Below are positions 48,870 through 62,799 of a DNA stretch of 64,000 nt, piece by piece. Position numbers and translations under genes: made by a program. The first letter of the stretch is position 1, and every line of letters starts with the position of its first letter. This DNA is from Nageia nagi (lineage: Eukaryota > Plantae > Pinophyta), in NCBI GenBank assembly GCA_050084985.1, contig JBITNC010000001.1, positions 98,518,001 through 98,582,000 of the forward strand, in the 5' to 3' direction. The notes beneath the pieces were generated by a model. The model was not told the origin of the DNA and searched no databases. It saw only the letters and a list, made by a program, of their open reading frames with translations.

Positions 48870-51010
48870 TCTATTGTGCACAAGCCCTACAAACTCTCCA
48901 TGATCATCAATACAAAGAGAATTTGTTAAAGAGGACATTGCTACCATCTTATGCTAAATTTGAAGTCATTTTGTGCCAAAATGAAGAGTTTCAAGCCAAA
49001 CCAGAGCAAGCGAATCCTAGAGACCCAAAACATAAGAATTGTTGAACCATGCTTAGGAAAGTACCTATAAAATCCCCAAATATTCTCAACGTGGAAATTA
49101 CCCAAGCAAATATAAAATCAATATCAAATGATGCTCCTAGGCATGCCACAAACTGATCTATGGCATCAAACAGGTTACACTATATGCCAGAAAGCCCAAC
49201 GATGCACTACTTAAGCAAAATATCACTTCTACAAGCCAACATCACATATAGAAACACATTAATCAAGCACAACACCTCAATAATAGTCCAAGAATGCCAA
49301 CGACTCACTTATACAAGAAAAATCACACTAAATTGCTCAACGATGCATATATGGAAGCATGAACAAGCCAAACGCACAACATATGAGACAATAAATGAGA
49401 TCCAAGTATGCCACGGCTCTATTGATGAAAGAAGGATGAGTACAATAACGAATAGGCCCAAGAGGGCTCAACATTGGCCTCCAAGGAGCCAACTAGGGCA
49501 TACAATATGCACAGATATATCCTACTATCGAAATTGTTGTAGAAAAATCACTCTACCTAGTCTGCGGATGCCACATTGAAGGGCTCCTTCACAGGCTGGC
49601 TCCCGATGAAGAGAACGGGTGTGCTTCTAGTATGCCATTGGATGGATTCAAAGGTGTAGACTGCTTGTGGATGACTCAGGATAGGGCAACCTCACAACAC
49701 GAACATTCACCTCAACCGCTAGTCAGAAGGTGTTCCAAACCTCTTGAACTCTCCTTGTGCACTAAACTCAAGGGTGCTTGACGCTGCCAAGTCTTTAGTG
49801 GAAGAAGAGGATGTTAATATCAAATTTAGTCTATCTTTGAAATGAGGCTCCAACGCCTTATATAACTCATCCCTGGATCTGGATCTCACCTAGAAGTCAC
49901 CACTCATGCTCCAAATCCAATGTTGCCAAGGGATGCCAATAATTACAAGATCCAATGGCTAGATATGCAATGCCTCATTATTGGTGACTAATATTGCATT
50001 TACAATTATTAATTGCCTTGGAATCATGTATTACAACGCATACGAGTGACCCCATTATTACTATGATAAAACACACTTAATCTACTCTTAATTATCAAGC
50101 TCACACCTAAATACAATTCATAACTAACTCATTTCCCAAGGAGAGGGATGTCACAAACCAAGAGGTCAATATGGAGATGTTTCTGGATTTCCATGAGCGG
50201 TCATGATATGGAAGACTGGTCCAACTGGCAAACTTCAAGAGGCCATAAATCTTTCATTTCTTGATGAAACCATGTTGTGTAACCTGTCAAAACGTTTCCC
50301 ACGAGATGCTCTATCCAATGAACAAGACTAATTAACTCTCCAAGTCTTGTGGCGAGCTCTATCCTCAAGTACATCAATTTAACAATAAATAATTCATCCT
50401 AAGCTTGGAAGGAAGATGTCCCACTTTGGGGCTTAAAATGTGGGTCCATAGGACCATTATATTCTATCCCAAGTTACTACTAATGCATAAACAAATTATT
50501 TGCAAAGGGAATCTCTAGGATTCCAAATTTTACCAGCTTAGCCCAAAAAGGGATGTTACAATACCAGCCCACAGGGCGGCAATGGTATAGTCACCCACAA
50601 CTACTTGTTTAAACTCCACAAAGGCTCAAAAGAAAGCATCAATTTTAATGCCTCTAAATAAGGGTAACCAAAGGATAACATAGCAAGCAAAGATTTGAAA
50701 TCTCATACCTATTGATGCTCAAGCCCTACAAGCTCTTCATGAACATCAATACGAACTAATTTTATTAAAGAATACATTGCTACCATATCATGCTAAATTG
50801 GAAGTAATTTTGCACCTAACCAAATAGTTTCAAACTGAACTGGAGCAAGTGAATCCTAGAGATTCAAAACATAAAAATTGTTCACCCATGCTAGGGAAAG
50901 TACTAGTCAACAGCCCTGCAATGGTATAGTCACCCACAACTGTTTGTTTAAACTCCATAAAAACCCAAAGAAAGCATCAATTTTAATGCCTAGAAATAAG
51001 GATAACACAG
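48870..51010. repeat. Diverged ~340-bp tandem duplication; first copy split by a solo LTR
   Basis: 48870-49065 plus 50566-50708 aligns with 50709-51010 (CAAGCCCTACAA, GAATCCTAGAGA, GCAATGGTATAGTCACCCACAACT, AAAGCATCAATTTTAATGCCT). Confidence 0.8.
49066..50560 (-). mobile_element. Solo/chimeric LTR (~1.5 kb), same family as 35885-45850
   Basis: Ends TA(TG)...TTACA, TSD GTACC / ATACC. Insertion point confirmed by the empty paralogous repeat at ~50895-50920. Confidence 0.8.
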
Positions 51011-51599
51011 AAACAAGTGACTGCAAACAAAATCCTCCCCAAAACTAATACACAGGAAGAAGAGACAAGAAGCACCATGGAATGTAATAATGGCAAAGAA
51101 AATTATCAACATAATGTCACTCAGTATCATTAAAAACCTGAATAGGAATGTTGATGCAACAAAAAATGGATCAAAGAATATCTGATCTATTGTAACCTCT
51201 AACAACTTTGATACAGAATGCATTGCATGCCTCCATGCAAAACTCTAGCCATAGCAGAAAGAAGACAAGCAATTATGGAGAAGTTTGATAATCATGCCTT
51301 CTCAGGATTCAAAGCCTATTATTCCACAACAAATGACAGTGCTTTTAAGTCCAACCTTCATCAATTATTTTTGGTTCACTTACATATGGATTCTTAAGAG
51401 TGCTTTTAAGTCCAACCTGTAGTACACGTCTTTAGAATCTGTGAATGAAGAAACAGCAGAAGTTCTTCCCTTCCTGAATAGAGATGTGTTGATTATCCAA
51501 TTTCACAATAAACATCAGCCTATTTTTTGTCTCTCAAAATCTTGTGTGGAATTCATGACACAAGCAACATATAACTAGGAAGTCATGTCAAGAAAAATG

Positions 51600-52450
51600 C
51601 ATCAGAAAGATCATTTCTAGAGGACGAAGAATACCTCTAGGGAAGAAGACACCCACCCTGAAAAGGTGAAGCTATAGAAAAAAAACCACTCTGCAATGAT
51701 CTACAAGGTATATAAACACTGAACTAAAGATGAGTGAAACTCCAACCCAAATTTTGATTTAGAGATCATTAAAGATCTCCTGATCACATGATCTAAGAAA
51801 ATAAGGCCACTAAAGTTGCAAATCAAAAGGTTTAGTGGATCAGAGATAGGATTATTAGAATGAAGCAAAATATAAGAATCCATGATGTTCCTCAAAAGGA
51901 AAAGGTTTACCTAACTTCAATCCACTTGGGATGAGAGACATTGGCAATAGTTCTATTAGAAGTTGAAAAGAGATGGATATGAAGACCCCTACTTGTAATA
52001 AGGTTGTAAGAATGCTCATCCATTGGTTCAATTATGGAAAGTGACGACACAAGCTCTTATTTTGGAAGATTAAATAAGCTCAATCAAAGTGGGTCCATTT
52101 GCAGATTTTGCAGCTGAGTTTGCAAAGATAGAAAACACTGTTCATCACATACCAAAAGTTGTGTCATAGAATGTCAGAGAGCGCAGTTTCAACTGTGGGA
52201 CCAAGTGGAAGCCTTTGAATAAATACGGTAGGAAAAAACTTTTTCATAACCAAGATGACTAAAGGTTATGAGGAATACAGAGAGATGGCAGAACAAGCAC
52301 AAAAAACCCAATCATTGGATAAACCAGCTATAATATAATATGCCATTTCTGGCAAAACTAATGCAAAAGCATCCCCAGTTTGTATAATCTTACATCACCC
52401 AAAAAAATGTGTTTTCTTTGATTCAGTTACCTCTATCAGTTTTGAGATAG
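51600..52450 (-). pseudogene. Possible highly decayed LINE RT remnant
   Basis: Minus-strand traces resembling SKAF..VP and ACV...NG...GV motifs. Heavily degenerate. Confidence 0.3.
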
Positions 52451-53999
52451 CAATCGGAAATAGGGTAATTTGGTTGGAGACATCAACAGCTGATGGTATT
52501 GGGATTAGAAATTGCTAATAGAGGGCTCAACAATGATGGCATCAAGCAACACCAAGTGATGGCATCGAACACATTGCATATCATGGATTTGTTACTTTTG
52601 TTTTTAGGAAAGTAGGTTCATAACACTTGACTTTTCCATCTTCCAAAAATTGTTCTGTAGTTGCATATGATGGAATAAACTTCAAATAGAGACAGTCATG
52701 TACAGTTTTTAGCTGTGTTGCAAAATTCAATGATTTTCATGCTACACGTTTGAAATTAGCCAATTTGTTTTATATGGATGATTTTAATCGATTAAAAAGG
52801 GTTACACATCCTCCAATAGGTCATCCCCGTCACTTGACATCCTTGAACTAGGTAAACGACAAGGGAGATGTCTCCTTGCCATTCCTGATTGAGGAGGTAC
52901 GGCTTGCGTCATACAATGGTGCTTGAGTCACAAAATCGAGGTCTGACCCAACTTGAGCAAAGGTAGCCACTTCACAACATAGGGCAAATCTGAGATTTGA
53001 ACTGCCCCATACATGTTTCATCGATTTCAACTAAGCGGCGAACCCAACACGAATGACAAATAAGCCAATTTGAATGGCTGGTTTACTCCTGTGATAGAAG
53101 AGCTCTATTTCCAGACATAACTATCCATCTATGATGGGGATATCTGTCTACTTGTTTATAGGTTGAAAAGTCTTTAGCTTATGCCTCAATCACAAGCAAG
53201 GCCGTCAAACTACCTGTGCCCACCTGGTTATCCTTTTGCAGCTTTTTTTAATAGAAGGGACAGCTGGGAAATAAAATAAAGTTTTATCTTCAATATTTAA
53301 TATTTTAAATGTTTAAAATATTAATATTTTAATGTTTAAAATTATATTTTAATTAAGTTTAATTAAAACTATTTAATGTCTTAATATTTAATATTTGATA
53401 TATTTGTCCTCAATTTACTAGTAACCTTTTTTTTGGTCTTACCAAAAAAATATTTGATATACTTCTCACTTAAATAATATTTTAGCATTCTCTAATTTCA
53501 TGTTGAATTTTTTCTCAAACTTCAAAGTCTGTCGAATTTCTTTCAAACTTCAAACTTACGTAACACAAACTAGTAACTTAGGTTTTAAGTTGCAAGGTGA
53601 CAATACCAATCTGTCACCCAATGCTAGCACACTTGCAGCTCATACTTAATGCTTTATTGGTATCTCAGCCATGTCTTCCTTGCAATATTTAAGGCACTAT
53701 CTTATTGGTAGCTGAATTATACACCATCAAATACTTGAGATTTTTGGCATTTCTAATCAGACTTCATGATGATTTTTTTACAAATTTGATTAGGTTTCAT
53801 AACCTATTCTACAAGTATTGTGTACCTACTGCCATTGCTCTGGTTTGTTTCTTAATATCTTCGCACTCAAATAAATTTATAAGAGAGCTATTTCACAATG
53901 AGGAAACACCTCATAGAACTCATTTCTGTTTTCTAATATGCAGTTTCTATCTGCTGAACTTAACCTGAATGGAAAATCTCTGAGTCAGAAAGCAATCAG

Positions 54000-54380
54000 G
54001 CAACATGAAACTGCACATGCAAATTTTATTTGCCTATTGTGATCTCTCTTCTCTCTGTATAACCATATCCTGAAACAGAAACTTCTCAACATACACTCAT
54101 TCTCCTCCATTGACACCCAGAACAGATTTCTTGCTGATGCCCTTCACAATGCAACCCTCCAAGCTTTCCCCCATACTATCCACTCGTCACCTTGCCCACG
54201 ACCTACAAGTCCTTGCCCAATGAACCAATGGTTTGACATTGAATGCAAGGACAGTCATTGTTGCCTCAGGCATGCCATTACCCTTGATTTGACATCTCCT
54301 TCCACCCACTCCCTTTGCCAATCTTACTGCTGCCTCTTGAGAACCAAGAAATGTTCCTGGTGGCCAGCCAACACTACATG
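54000..54380 (+). pseudogene. Short LINE ORF2 fragment (endonuclease-RT linker)
   Basis: QWFDIECK motif, like the WFDxEC motif of RTE/CR1-type ORF2. Confidence 0.4.
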
Positions 54381-54389
54381 CATGCAAAG

Positions 54390-56687
54390 ACGACTAAAGT
54401 TGTTGCAAATTTCTTCTATTATTGCAACTTACCTTTCCATGCTCTGATTCACCATTTTTTGCTGCCATGGTGAATTCATTAACGATTGTTGGTGCGGGGT
54501 ATAAACCCCCCATTGCACACGATTCGAGGGGGTCACTTCTGGACAATGCAGTTAAGGATGTGGGTATCATAGTGGATGACCAAAAGAAGTTATGGCAGAA
54601 GAAGTGCTGCAAAATTTTGTCCGACAGTTGGGAAGATCAAAGAGGGAGAACATTAATAAACTTTCTCGTCCAAACAGCAGGAGGCACAGTTTTTTTTAGA
54701 TCTGTGAACCCCTCTAACAAAGTAAAAAATAGAGAAACTCTTTTTTAGTTGTTAGAGTGGTGGTCTTGGAGGTTGGGCCAGAAGTAATCACTGATAATGC
54801 AATTGCATATGTTGCAGCAAGGAGAGATTTCCTACATTGTTTTGGACACCTTGTGCGGCCCATTGTATTGACTTGATTTTGGAGGATATTGAAAAAATAT
54901 TTTGCATGATTGAATGTGTTGCAAATGCTAAGAAGATCACAAAATTCATTTACAACCATAGTTGGGTTATAGCTTTGTTGAGGCAACAAACTGAGGGAAG
55001 GGGTATCGTGTGACTAGGAATTACACGATTTGCAACAAACATACCTTTAGAGCCTTTATTCCAGAAAGGCGGGTGTGAAGAGGATGTTCATATCAGATGA
55101 ATGGAACCAATCAGAGTGGAGCACACGTGAGGAAGGCCATGTGTGTGCAAGCATTGTTTTTGATGATGGTTTATAGAAAACCCCATCTGAGATCATCCAG
55201 ATTAGCACTTCACTCCACAAAAAAATAGCTACTTTGAAATTTCTACATTATTTTAATTTTATTTTCCTAAACTCATGTTCTTCTTCATTGTTGTTTATCA
55301 GATATTTGAACCCTTGGTGAGAGTTTTAAAAATTATTGAGGTGAGGAAAAATCACCAATGGGCTACCTCCATGAGGCCATGGAAAAGGCCAAAGAGAGCA
55401 TCAAGCGGTACTATAGAAATGTGTCAACCAAATATCAACCTTTTTGGGACTTGATTAATCAATGGTGGGATGACCAACTCCACAAGACAATAAATGCTGC
55501 TGCATATTATCTAAATCCAAACTTTTTTTTGTTGAATCATCAAACTTTGAGTTCGATGATGAAATTATAAGCGGACTCTACATGTGCCTTGAAAGGATGG
55601 TAGCACGTGATGAAGATAAAGTTATGCAAATACAGAAAAAGTTGACAACATATAAGAATGGAGATGGTTACCTCTTCTCCAGTATTGCATGCATCACATC
55701 AAGGGAAACTGAAATTCCATGTTAAATTATTTATGTTTATAAAAATTAAAAAAAATTAGAATTTCAAATTAAAAAAATTATAATATGATTTTTTTTTATT
55801 GTTGAAATTACAATTGTATTGTGGGAGTCATTTGATGCAAAATGCCCTCTTTTACAATAATTGGCCATACACATTTTGAACCAACCTTGCAGTGCTAGTA
55901 GGTGTGAGCGCAATTGAAGTTTATTTGAGCAAATTCATATAAGAAAACGTAATAGATTGATGAAAGAAAGGTTGGACAAATTGGTTTTTGTGAACTACAA
56001 CTTAAGATTGCGTAAAAGAAGGATTGAGGGGACTGAAGGAGATCCTATAAATTTAGATAACATTGATCACACAAATTCATGAATGAAATCTATGGATGAT
56101 TGGCAAAATGATATCCTTGAAGGGGATGGTCTAGAATGCCTAGAGAGGGAGATGGAAAAAGATAGTGCAGCATAAGGAGATTATAAATTTGAAATTGAAA
56201 GTGAAGACCAGCCAATCTCATCAAGTGCACCAACAACATCAAGGGTGTATGGAACTAGGGCAACAACAAAAGACAAAGTGAGAAGGAAAAAAAGAGCACA
56301 TCCTTGATGTGTTTGAATTTTCAGTATCAATTTTGTTTTGTGAAAAATGAAAAGAACATTGCCATATATATTTAATATTTTTTATTTTTTTACATTATGT
56401 ACTCACTAAACAGTATGAATTTATGAACTATGGAGTTTATAGTTCATCACTTAATACTGCATAGTGATTACATAATGTATCTTATGAAGGCTGCATCATA
56501 ATTTCTAGTGCAGTCTTTTGTGTTTTGGATATTTTATGTAATTCAAAATTGAAATTGGAATTTGAAATACAAATATATTTTTTAAGTTTTTTTTTTGCAA
56601 AACTATTGCCACTTTTTTGCCGAATTCACGATTAAACTTTTCAACTAGCCAGCCGATTATTAGCAAGGAGCAAATTTTAAAACTTTG
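54390..56687 (+). mobile_element. Decayed hAT element (DUF659-type transposase) with right terminus
   Basis: GYKPP, ILSDSWEDQRGRTLINFLV, VITDNA, FWTPCAAHCIDLILEDI, MGYLHEAMEKAKE, QPCSASRCERN..F, RNRL..ERLDKLVFVNYNLRL. Candidate TIR end TTTTAAAACTTTG at 56687. Confidence 0.88.
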
Positions 56688-58000
56688 ATTGAGACCACCT
56701 CCTATACCTATTTTGGAGTGCTCATTTCCAAACCTATATTTTCAATGAGATTTGCAACCCCTCCCAAGGTTCTTAAGGGTTACACAATAATATCATCCCT
56801 TGAACAGCAATGCTTCCATCTCCATTTCCAGGACATTCCGTCCAAACTATGGTTGTTCCATGCCCTAATCACTCCCACAACTCTTTATGGTGCCGAGGTA
56901 TGGGGTCCTAACCTTAGACTCTCTTATGGTCCATGATGGAGAGGATTTTAATTAGCATGTTGTCCCACTCTATTCAAAGCAAGAGGATCATCCTCTGCCG
57001 CATCTTAATTGCAAAGTTCAATTGCCAACCCCTTCAAGTGATCGCTCTCACAACTTTGGTTCTTTTCCTACATCGACTTCGTAGTCTAGCAGCAAATGGA
57101 GAGGGTTCTAATAAGCTTCCATCTAGAGCCTTAGCTTCCTCTATGGATTTAACAACATAGGGGTGTAGATGTTGTTGGTTCACCAAGGTATTTGACACAC
57201 TCAAGCAACTAGGCTTTTCATAAGATCGACTACCTACTCCTTCGGGTGACCCACATAGGACCTCAATTGAGACTCAAACATTGATCTGTGAGGCGACTTA
57301 AAGGGCCTACATCCAAAACACTTGGGTTACACCTTAACAACCCCTCATGCCCAAGTTGCTACACTACTCGCAGTATTTCCTCCAAATTGATGGTGGATTG
57401 ATCCATCCCCCAAGTTACATCAGCTCTCACCCCTCTCTTAGACTGAAGATGTTTCTCAATCAATTCAAGGTTTGCTCGCACCAACAACGAGTTGAGTTAG
57501 ACCACCACCTAGCTTGAAACCTTCGAGTCTATCATCAATTGTCCCTCAAGACAGAGATAGAGGATCACTTCATCTTCAGATGCCCAATGTACTATAAGAT
57601 TCGAGGTTGATATCATTGTCTCTTTCGAGACTCCCTCAGCTCAATCTCTCTCTTCTTTTGGTACCTAGATCAACGATGCATGGTATTATTCCTCCATAAG
57701 GCCTTCCTCTTTCAAAAGCAACTCTTATCACACACTCCCCATCCAACAAGTTGTTCACATGTCACATACTTCTTTTGGGCATCCTCAAAGGTAGGGGCTC
57801 ATAAGATACCTCATAATGACCCTCCATCCCCTGCTCAGGGCACCAAATTGTGTAAATGCAACTCATGTTCCCAACCAAAGAGGAATCACCAATTCCCTAA
57901 TTCTTCCTCTATTTCTTCTTCTTCAAAGTGGGATTAGTGCCTCCTTGGTTGCTCCCTTCTTCATTGATTCTTCCAACTAGCTACATACCATCAAGGTATG
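56688..58000 (+). mobile_element. LINE ORF2 3' fragment
   Basis: YTYFGV, LFHALITPTTLYGAEVWGP, later HFIFRCPMYYKIR. Confidence 0.75.
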
Positions 58001-59489
58001 AACTTTATTTGTACTTTGCTTTGCTACTTTAGGTCTTTTTGGGGCCATTTTAGGCCTTGTTCGATAATTTTAGCATAAAATGTTCATGTAATTTCTAGTC
58101 CTGTTGACCACTTTTGGTCACCCGTGGATACTAACATATTTTATTCCTTTCTTTCTTCTAGGAAATTCACGATATGAAGTTTCAAATAAAGAAATTACAC
58201 ACTAAACAATTTCAAAAAGAAATAAAATCATGTAGAAAACTACAAAAATGCTCGGGATGCCTATTGGCGTGAGTTAAATGCACACTAAGATATTATACCT
58301 TAACTTGCCCAACACTTGTTTCAAATGTCAATCTTTCAAGTATAAAATCAAAGATTGCCCATTAGCCACCCAAAAAGCAAAGCTCACTTCCAAGCCTACC
58401 AACATTCGCCCTCCTCATTCTATAGAGGATGGTTGGACAACTATGAAAAGTCGGAAAAATCCCCACAATATTGGGACTTTGAGTGCAACTCATGTCAGAA
58501 TGCAAATTGGGACTTCTAGTGCAATTCATGCAAAGAAACAAACCATAACACCCTCACCAATCACTAAGGGAATGGCCAAACCTCGCTATGTGAAAATTCC
58601 TTGGGCAACCAATATCATCAAGTCCCAACCAACTTACCTCTACCAGCATGCACCCTTGTAGCCTAGTTCGTAAGGATGAAGATGAGTTTGTGCATGAAAA
58701 ACGACAACATTTCACACCAATTATGCAATTGGGAAGTTACCAACCGAAGGAGGAATCAATTTAGATACAATATAGCTATGGAGTTTTGTACAAGCTCGAT
58801 AGAGAGGATAAGCATCTTGATGAACCTATTCCATGAATTTTCTCTCATGGAATGTTAAGGGTCTCACAAACTCCAAACAAAAGTATATCGTGAGGAAAGC
58901 ACGACAAAGGCTTTTAAATCTTGATAAACTTTGTCTTCAAGAGGTTAAAGTTTTTATTTTTTACTTTCGACAACATGTCCAACTATCTAGCCAAATAATT
59001 TCTTTTTTCACAATACCATGAGTTCGAGCATAATGGCATTACCACCCTTGTCTCCAATAGGTGGCAACCACATTTCATTGATCATAGATGTGCCTCCACT
59101 TTTAGAGCATTATGGATGCTTTTGAATATTAATAATCATTCCTTTGGAGTAATTAATGTTTATGCTTCGAACAATACAATTGAGCAATTGTTTTTATGGC
59201 ATTGGATTGTCGATATGCTTCCCACTACATGGGTGATGTGCAAAGATTTCAACATGATTGAAAGCGTATCAAACAAAACCAACAATCTCCCATGCAATGG
59301 ACGAGATAGGACGGTATCGCTTTACATGCAAATAAATTGGGTTTTTTCAACCATCACCATCACCCCAATTCCACTTTGTACACATGAAATAATATGAGAT
59401 TTAATGTTGAACGAGTTCTCAAACAACTTGATATAATCATGCTAACAAGTCAATGCATCTTCTCTTTCTCCAATTGTTATTCTCTACCG

Positions 59490-60045
59490 ATGGAGCCCAT
59501 ATTGCCCATGCAATCGAAGTTTTGAGAAGTTATATGTCAAAGCTTGGAAAAAAGCATTGGATAGCAATAAAAAGAGTTTTCAAATATCTACGTGGTACAT
59601 CTGATTTTCCAATTTGCTATCAAGGAAGAGTTAAATGAATAAAATTCTAAATCTAGAAGGTTTTGTTGATGCAAATTGGTGTGGAGATCTCGATAATAGA
59701 AGATCTACAAATGGCTATGTGTTCAACTTATTTGGTGGAGTTATTAGTTGGATGAGCAAAAGGCAAGTTATTGTTGCTCTATCAACTACTGAAGTTGAAT
59801 ACATGGCCGCCACTCATGCTAGCAAGGAAGCAATATGACTACAAGGGTTATGTGCAAATATTGGGTTCTTCCAAAGATTTGTGAAAATTAATTGTGATAA
59901 CCAAAGTGTTATATTCTTGGCAAAGAATCCTGCTTATCAGTCAAGGACAAAGCATATTGATGTACAATATCACTTTGTTAGGAGCATGGTAGAGCAAAAG
60001 AATGTGTTGTTGGAGCAAGTGGAAACATAGGAAAATATTGCACAC
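59490..60045 (+). mobile_element. Copia RT/RNaseH fragment
   Basis: [62 protein letters not shown]. Confidence 0.9.
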
Positions 60046-60154
60046 TAGGTTTCGTCAAGAAACAAAGGAGATATGGCACTTGGAAGTTCACCCGTTGGGC
60101 CAATTTTCTCATATTGCACGTGCACAGAAATTTGTAATTTACTCTCATTTGAGA

Positions 60155-61428
60155 GTGATGTCCCTCCTCTATGGATGTGCAATTGTGATCTTGTTTATTT
60201 AGGAGCAATTTAGGATTAATTAGGAGTATTTCTATATTTGTAATTATTAATATTTGTAATAATACCAATAATGTTGTAATTGATGTTTCCAAGGCAATTA
60301 ATAATTGTGGATGCAAGATTAATCACCTCTTATGGGACGTTGCATGTCGAGCCTTGATAAATGTAATTTGGCATTTAATATGTTTTAATTATAATTTAGC
60401 TCCCCTCTTAGCTATTTGAGGTAGAGCAATAAGATTCCTATGGAATAACACTTACTACGAGGTGCATGGAAGTCCCCTGTAATGCAACATTGGCATTCTA
60501 AACCCTTGGATGTGATTGCACCCATCCCAAGGCACCTCATCTTGAGTGTTGGATATGGAGAGCACACGAATCACACTTGGACACCGTTGGATGAGATTAC
60601 ATCGATCCCAATGCAAGATTAATGATGAAGCTATAAAAGGACGATTCCTAGAAGACAAAGGACATGTTATTATTATGATTTCTTCTTCTTGGCTTGGGCT
60701 TTGCTTTTCCTTGATTCCACTTCGACGGAGTGAGGTACCTGTATCGAGGCACAGTATAGGACCTACGTGGGCGCACACTTGGGGGTTGATGCAATCCAAG
60801 TTGACAGCTAGCTATTCAAGGGGTGTTGGCATTACCCTCAAATTAGAAGAATACTACTAGTGGCACTTTGAGTCTCCACCACAGTTGCGGAGGAGGAAGA
60901 ATTGGAGCAAGCCTTGCCACTTCTACGAATCTAAAACCCTGGAGCATCAATCCATTTAGAAAACATCACTATCACTATTTTTCTAAGATCTAGCGAAGGC
61001 ATGTAATTAAGTTTTCATTAAGTTCTGAAATACAATTACTGTTGGCTCACAATCCTATTGCAAGTCTTTTCATTGTGTTTGGCTCACTATACCTAGACAT
61101 TGGTTGTTTGGGAATAATTGAGGATTTAACATAGTGGAATTGCTATTCATGCTTGGACATTAGATTTATGAGGGTTTGTGATTGAGATTGTGCCATCCTA
61201 AGTTGGACGTTAGGGTTTGGGAATGATATCTTGCTTGGAATATCTAAACGTTGCATTTGTTTGGTTATTATTGACTAGATATGGCATTGTAAGTGAAACG
61301 TCCTTTCACCCTCTCATAGGGCACGTTTGCGCATTTTTAATATTTATTTTATGTTGGGAGTAATTTGTTGCATCGATTTTGGAGTTTGGTTGTCCAACTC
61401 CAGCTAAGCACTAGTCCAGCTCATTACA
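60155..61428 (+). repeat. LTR-like sequence (~1.27 kb)
   Basis: Starts (G)TGATGTCCCTC and ends CATTACA. TATA-like CTATAAAAGG at ~60631. Shares TTCCAAGGCAATTAATAATTGT with the reverse complement of 50000-50025. Confidence 0.6.
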
Positions 61429-62799
61429 TGGCCAAGCTTTGTTAACAAAAGCAAATTGCAAACCATCATAGTGGAAAGGGAGCCCAAATCAAAACGCGGT
61501 TCCACTAGCTAAAAGTGGAGGACCATGCCTATAAAGAATTGTGTAGACCAACGAAAGCCTCCAAAGGTGATCAAAAAATCAAAAAGATTCAAATTGGGAA
61601 CTAAGTTTTCTCCTCTCCTTGACATTGTTCAAGCCTTTGTCAAATGCTACCAACAATTGTTCAAAGCACACGAGCCCTCTATTAAGCAATACCATGTATT
61701 AAAACAATGCATAGCAACACTCTTGTGTAAACTCTCCCACTCTCAATGAGACCTAAGCGATCAACTTCTCACCAAAGATGATCCTCATGAAGTTGTTCTA
61801 TCCATGCCCAACGACAAGGCACCCAACTATGACAATTTCCCTACAAATTCTATAAAACAATGTGGAACTATTTGGTGAGTATTTGATCCAAGTGTATATG
61901 GAAGATTTTCATACCAACTCATTAGGGTCACTAATCAAAAAACGCAATATCAAATCACCAACTCAAGTGATCCTAACGAAATTCATTATTGGCATTCCAT
62001 CACCTTATTGAACGTCTCCTACAAGATCATTGCAAAAGCTTTGGTGATTTGATTGCACAATTTACTTCCTTTAATTGTTCACCCAAAGCAAACACGATTC
62101 ATCATAAATTGTTATATTCTAGATAACATAAGCACATTTTGAGAAGGCATGGAATAGGCTTGCACGTCCAAAGAAAAGTCATCTTTATTAAGATTGACTT
62201 TGCTAACGCTTATGATCAAATAGAGTGGCCTTTCATCCTCGCCATGTTGCAAGCTTTAGGGTTTCGCTCAACCTTTATCCGATCTGTAATATGTTTTTTG
62301 AACATGCCTCTAAATGGCTAACAATCAACCCCCTTTGGTCTTCAATCTATCAAACAAGGGTTTTCACTCACTCCAACTTCATACATGCTAGTGGTAGAGG
62401 GATTTTGGTATCTCCTTTCCCATGCGCTACCTCTTTGTCGAGTCAAAAGCATGTTGCTCCCTCATTCCAATCAACAACTTCTCAACAACCATTTTGCCAA
62501 CATCTTTTTTCTCACCCTTCTAAAAGAGGAGACCAACATCACACTGGCTCTTAAATGCCTAAACATTTTGCACGGCCTTTAGGTCCAATATCCAATGGCG
62601 TAAGATACAATGTTATCATTGATCCTAGCTACTTACACTTGCATGGCTTGACAATTATGGTTGGAAGTGGATTACCCAAACCCTCATGGAGCATTGGTTT
62701 AATGCACCACACAAAGTATTTTGCATGCCTCCAAATTCCCCAACGTACAAGAGCAAGTCTCGAGGGCAACATTGTACCCAAAGCCATGGCCTACATGCA

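Larger units (their letters stand above)
58270..62799 (+). mobile_element. Decayed L1-type LINE (ORF1 zinc knuckle, endonuclease, RT), interrupted at ~59490-61428
   Basis: YLNLPNTCFKCQ...IKDC, MNFLSWNVKGL, LCLQEVK, INVYASN, DFNM, WHSITLLNVSYKIIAKAL, FIKIDFANAYDQIEWPF. Confidence 0.88.

Noticed and set aside
51990-52040. Tetraspanin exon 2 (WMS motif on the minus strand)
   Set aside because: It reads QWMSILTTLLQVG with nearby stops and lacks the expected H.D.C..SL continuation and splice sites.
28490-58660. One LINE ORF1 split across 30 kb
   Set aside because: No shared TSD or continuity could be shown between the 28.5-kb and 58.3-kb fragments.
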